A DNA stretch of 64,000 bases from Staphylococcus phage AH12. Shown here in pieces: positions 60,397 to 64,000 of this stretch (position 1 is the stretch's first letter; the number at the start of each line of letters is the position of its first letter). The stretch lies in sequence record OR455461.1; one strand, 5' to 3'. The translations under genes and the position numbers were made by a program. The notes below the pieces were generated by a model. It saw nothing but the letters and a program-made list of their open reading frames with translations. It was not told the DNA's origin and did no database searches.

Positions 60397-60921
60397 ATGG
60401 CAAAGAATTTAAAAGTAGGTAAAGATAAATATATTAATGTATTAGTTAGATTTAAAAATAAAGCATGGACGGCTGCTTTATTAGTTCAATTAGTCAACGT
60501 AGTTATTTTCTTAATTCGTGCTTTTGGTGGAGAAGTTACTGGTGACACTGAAACTAATGTTTTAAGTATTGTTCAAGTTTTAGCAGGTGTTATATCTAGT
60601 TTAATTGGTCGTTTTATAGACAGTACTACTGAAGGATTAGCTGACTCTGAACGTAACCTAGTTAAAAGTAGACCTACTGTAAATAATGAAAAATCTCTTC
60701 AAGCAGTGGACTATGACGGTACAGTTCTTCCTCCAGTAAAGCCTTTTTTGGAGCAAGAGAACAGCCAAGAAACTACAAACTTACAAAACAATCAAAATTC
60801 AAATGAAAGTAATTTTGGCGGTGGATCAGTAGGTAGTGAAACTATTGATAATGAAGTTAATATAGATTCTAATTACAATCCAGAAATATTTGGTGGAGGA
60901 TCTTCTTCTGAAGATAATTAA
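60397..60921 (+). CDS. single-pass membrane protein, 174 aa, with a Gly/Ser-rich C-terminus
   Basis: N-terminal TM segment WTAALLVQLVNVVIFLI. AGGAAAA RBS. Confidence 0.5.
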   Translation: MAKNLKVGKDKYINVLVRFKNKAWTAALLVQLVNVVIFLIRAFGGEVTGDTETNVLSIVQVLAGVISSLIGRFIDSTTEGLADSERNLVKSRPTVNNEKSLQAVDYDGTVLPPVKPFLEQENSQETTNLQNNQNSNESNFGGGSVGSETIDNEVNIDSNYNPEIFGGGSSSEDN

Positions 60922-60943
60922 AATTAATAATAAACATAATTTA

Positions 60944-60980
60944 CGGTAACACTCTTAGTTGAGTGTTACCGTTATTTTAT
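60944..60980 (+). terminator. rho-independent terminator
   Basis: Stem CGGTAACACTC / GAGTGTTACCG followed by TTATTTTAT. Confidence 0.6.
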
Positions 60981-61049
60981 AAAAATTTTTAATACATATA
61001 TAACGTTAATATTATAAATTAATGTGTTACTTAGAAAGGGAGTTTAGGG

Positions 61050-61679
61050 GTGGCAAAAAAGAAAAAAGAAGTTCCTAAGAAGATACTAGATAAAATTGAA
61101 GAAGCTAAAAAATGTAATATAGATATGAATAAAAAAGAAAATTCTATTATAATAAATATTGAAGACCATGAAGTTTATCAATATTTAAGACACCGTAGAA
61201 ATGGTTATAGAATGTATGATCCTCTACATGCTTATAAAAAAGTATTAGAAGATATGTTTAAAAATTTATTAATAATAAATGATGATGTAAATGAATTAAT
61301 TAAAGAAAATTTCAATAATGCAATAGATATAACTTTAATAGTAGAATGTAATCCAGTTAACAATACAGATTCTATTAAAAAAATATTATATAAATTATTA
61401 GGTAAAGTTTTTAGAGTTAAAACACCTGATACAGATAATTTTCAAAAAACTATATTCGATATTATGAATGATATATTTTGGAAAGATGATGCACAAATTG
61501 TTAAAATTAATGCAGAGAAAAAATACTCATATGATTTTAAAGATAAGACTTACATAAAACTAACTTATCATGAAGATCATAAAGATTATGAAAAAGGTTC
61601 ATTAACTAAAGAAGAAAAAGAGCAATATAAAGAATTAATCGAAAAAATTAAAATGTATAAAGAAAGAGGTATTTTATAA
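61050..61679 (+). CDS. hypothetical protein, 209 aa
   Basis: GTG-proximal AGGGGTGG RBS with an ATG at 61050. Confidence 0.5.
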   Translation: MAKKKKEVPKKILDKIEEAKKCNIDMNKKENSIIINIEDHEVYQYLRHRRNGYRMYDPLHAYKKVLEDMFKNLLIINDDVNELIKENFNNAIDITLIVECNPVNNTDSIKKILYKLLGKVFRVKTPDTDNFQKTIFDIMNDIFWKDDAQIVKINAEKKYSYDFKDKTYIKLTYHEDHKDYEKGSLTKEEKEQYKELIEKIKMYKERGIL

Positions 61680-61680
61680 A

Positions 61681-62196
61681 ATGGCTGAAATGAAAAATAG
61701 TAGAGATGTATTAATCGGAGAAGAAAAAGATATTAGAGATTTACAATTATTAATGAGAATTAGAAATAATATTATGAATTATGTAGATGTAGAAAATACA
61801 ATTGATATTATTCGAAATGTAATTAATGATTCTGAAAACTTTAGCTTTAGATCTAAACAGGCAGAAAAATTTATTGATGTTAAAAAACCTGTATTTGTTA
61901 TTAAATTAGATGATAGTGAATTATCTGCTAAGAACAAACAAAGCTTTGAAGGTAGTGAAAGTGATTATCAAAGTTATATAGATAATTATGAAAAAGATGT
62001 AGCTGATAAACTTGATAGAGAAGTTTTAAAATATATAGGTAAAGCTATTTTTGATTCTATTAAAGATGATAGTGAATTGGATAGATTATTAAAAGATAAT
62101 GAGCTAGAAATGAAAGATTTAATGATTACAAATATTTATGTGTATAAATTATCAGATCCTTATACTAATGCAATCAATCTTTCATTATTTATTTAA
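61681..62196 (+). CDS. hypothetical protein, 171 aa
   Basis: Translationally coupled; start is 2 nt after the previous stop. Confidence 0.5.
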   Translation: MAEMKNSRDVLIGEEKDIRDLQLLMRIRNNIMNYVDVENTIDIIRNVINDSENFSFRSKQAEKFIDVKKPVFVIKLDDSELSAKNKQSFEGSESDYQSYIDNYEKDVADKLDREVLKYIGKAIFDSIKDDSELDRLLKDNELEMKDLMITNIYVYKLSDPYTNAINLSLFI

Positions 62197-62221
62197 TACA
62201 TGAATACTATTAAAACTAGTA

Positions 62222-62244
62222 AAACATTCTCTTATAATAATAAA
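62222..62244 (+). promoter_or_regulatory. conserved upstream motif AAACATTCTCTTATAATAATAAAAA, copy 2
   Basis: Same 19-bp core, including TATAAT, as at 58178, about 30 nt upstream of the start of gene 62276. Confidence 0.4.
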
Positions 62245-62275
62245 AATAAGAGCGAAAGTTTGGTGAATATTCATA

Positions 62276-64000
62276 ATGGAAGATAAAGATAAAAATCTCT
62301 TACAAATAAGTGAAGAGATGAACTCTATTAAGTCTAAAATAAATTCTTTAGTTCAAGATCAAGATAGTATTAAGAATTTATCAGAAGATAATAAGAATAA
62401 GATTAATGTACTCAATGAAAATTTGGATAATATTGATAAAGAAAATGATAACTTAATAGAAAAATTAAGAAATTTAGATGGTAGTCATGATATTGATTTA
62501 GATCTTTCTAATTATGTTACACTCGATACACTTAAAACAGAATTAAGAAAATATCAAAAATTAAGTATTGATTATATTGATAGATTAGCTGAAGGTGGTT
62601 GGGATTCTGATATTAAAGGTAATTTGGAAAACCTTAATGGCAGAGTCTCAGCTAATGAAGAATCAATTTCTTCAACTATGTCTAAAGTTAATAAGTATGA
62701 ATCATATATACAATATTTAAGCACTAAAGTTGAACAAACAGCTGAGTCTATTAAGAGTATTGCTACTGATTACACACTTAATGAAATCAATCAAAGTATT
62801 ACTAAATTAGAATCATTTAGAGAACAAACAGCTAGAGTTTTACAAGATACAGTTACTAGAGCTGACATAGACACTATGAATAATAAAGTAACTGAATTTG
62901 AAAGTCAAGTATCTCAGTTTGCAGATTTAATAGAACAAACTGTTTCTAAATCAGAAATTGATGGAATCACTATTGGTGGTAAAAACTTACTAGAGAATTC
63001 ATTAGCTATTAAAGGTAATTGGTTATTATATCCTGAAAGTTTATCTTCAACTAATGAAAATGCTTTAACGTTTGGTCAAGATAATAACGGTAAGAGTTAT
63101 TTTACTATTAATACAGATGGAATAGAAGGAGAAGTTGGAGCTATAAGCTATAATTCTTTCTCTTTAAAATATAATGAGACTTATACTATTTCATTTGATT
63201 TTAGATCAGATACATTTAATAGACTTGATCATTGTTACTTCATTGATCCTTCAGGTAATTATACTACACCTATTGCTGAAAAATATTTAGATATTGATGA
63301 AGAATGGCATAGATACTCATTTGTATATAAACAAACTTTAACTGGAAGAAATAGTACAAAATTATTAATTGGTGTAGATACTGATTTAAACCAATTAAAT
63401 GGTACATTTGATATATCTAGTGTTAAAGTTGAAAGAGGTAGTGTATCATCTGACTGGACTCCTGCACCAGAAGACTTTGATAATATGTTAGAGAATTATA
63501 ATAAAGATATCAATAGTAAAATAATTAATATTGAAGAGAATGCCATTGGATTAGGAGATACTGTTACTGAAGCTTTTAAAGATGGTATTATATCTAATGC
63601 AGAAAAAATAGCTATTGAAAAGCAAAAGAATATTATTGATAAAGATAAAAAAGAAATAGATCAAATATTTAATTCATTATATGCAAATAAAATGATGACA
63701 AATAGTGTTAAAACTGAATTGAAAAATAATTACGATTTATTCAATGAAAAATATAATATACTATTACAAGATATAACTAATACAATTTCAGATGGAATAG
63801 CTACTAAAGAAGAAGTAGCTCAATTTAATACAAATTTCTTAAGATATAATGAATCTCAATCAAATATTAAAGCATCCATTCAAAAGGCAGTAGATAATAT
63901 TTCTAATGGCTATGCAGTTGATGAAGCTAGTAAAATCACTGTAGGTGGAATGAACTTAGTAAGTTATGCAAATATTTTAGCTATAGGATCTGCAACTTTA
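62276..64000 (+). CDS. second fiber-like protein, N-terminal 575 codons; runs off the window end
   Basis: ATG at 62276 with an open frame to the window end. Shares module-boundary motifs with the giant fiber (ITIGGKNLLENS..., VERGSVSSDWTPAPEDF, ITVGGMNLVSYANIL). Confidence 0.6.
   Translation, partial: MEDKDKNLLQISEEMNSIKSKINSLVQDQDSIKNLSEDNKNKINVLNENLDNIDKENDNLIEKLRNLDGSHDIDLDLSNYVTLDTLKTELRKYQKLSIDYIDRLAEGGWDSDIKGNLENLNGRVSANEESISSTMSKVNKYESYIQYLSTKVEQTAESIKSIATDYTLNEINQSITKLESFREQTARVLQDTVTRADIDTMNNKVTEFESQVSQFADLIEQTVSKSEIDGITIGGKNLLENSLAIKGNWLLYPESLSSTNENALTFGQDNNGKSYFTINTDGIEGEVGAISYNSFSLKYNETYTISFDFRSDTFNRLDHCYFIDPSGNYTTPIAEKYLDIDEEWHRYSFVYKQTLTGRNSTKLLIGVDTDLNQLNGTFDISSVKVERGSVSSDWTPAPEDFDNMLENYNKDINSKIINIEENAIGLGDTVTEAFKDGIISNAEKIAIEKQKNIIDKDKKEIDQIFNSLYANKMMTNSVKTELKNNYDLFNEKYNILLQDITNTISDGIATKEEVAQFNTNFLRYNESQSNIKASIQKAVDNISNGYAVDEASKITVGGMNLVSYANILAIGSATL

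Noticed and set aside
1-64000. tRNA or tmRNA genes, integrase or attachment sites, CRISPR arrays, toxin-antitoxin pairs
   Set aside because: No GC-rich cloverleaf-sized segments, no recombinase-like ORFs, and no repeat-spacer arrays were seen in any intergenic region by inspection. Absence is not proven without tRNAscan or similar tools.

Overview
This window is a very AT-rich stretch of a large contractile-tailed dsDNA phage or prophage. Its peptidoglycan-hydrolase domains, class Ib ribonucleotide reductase (RNR) genes and GC-stemmed rho-independent terminators point to a low-GC bacterial host, probably Gram-positive. No CRISPR array, tRNA, rRNA, integrase or transposase was recognised. Several large genes use TTG or GTG start codons, and every antisense ORF nested inside a large gene is treated as spurious.

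Recognisable genes:
- SF1 Dda/RecD-like helicase (463..1686, minus strand).
- Two tandem paralogous giant virion proteins (3788..9751 and 9773..15523). The first carries an M23 peptidase domain and an SGNH-like segment; the second carries a tail-lysozyme-like domain and an NlpC/P60 domain.
- Tail sheath (20338..23487, 1049 aa) followed by a tail-tube candidate (19350..20156).
- A complete nrdH-nrdI-nrdE-nrdF class Ib RNR cluster (24712..29397).
- Large terminase (31168..33569), a membrane-anchored HExxH protein, a major-capsid candidate (34838..36433) and acidic scaffold-like proteins.
- A prohead-protease-like gene on the plus strand (38377..39711).
- A 2876-aa modular tail fiber (49539..58169) and the start of a second fiber-like gene (62276..>64000).
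- A cluster of small membrane proteins (59327..60921).

The most striking feature is a family of six very compact group I introns, 149-206 nt each and without ORFs. They share conserved P/Q/R/S core elements. One splits nrdE, two split the terminase, and three split the protease gene. The two 3'-most protease introns (2a, 2b) lie in tandem around an inferred 11-nt micro-exon, which is what restores the reading frame. Each intron starts with a stop codon (in frame in four of six) and ends in AUG, UUG or ACG/UCG, so ORF finders mis-read the exons as separate Met-initiated genes.

Other notable features are a 50-bp near-identical element in two divergent promoter regions, a 22-bp TATAAT-containing motif upstream of two genes, a terminator family sharing CCTAACA...TGTTAGG stems, and coding tandem repeats (33-nt Gly/Lys units; Asn/Pro/Gly micro-repeats).
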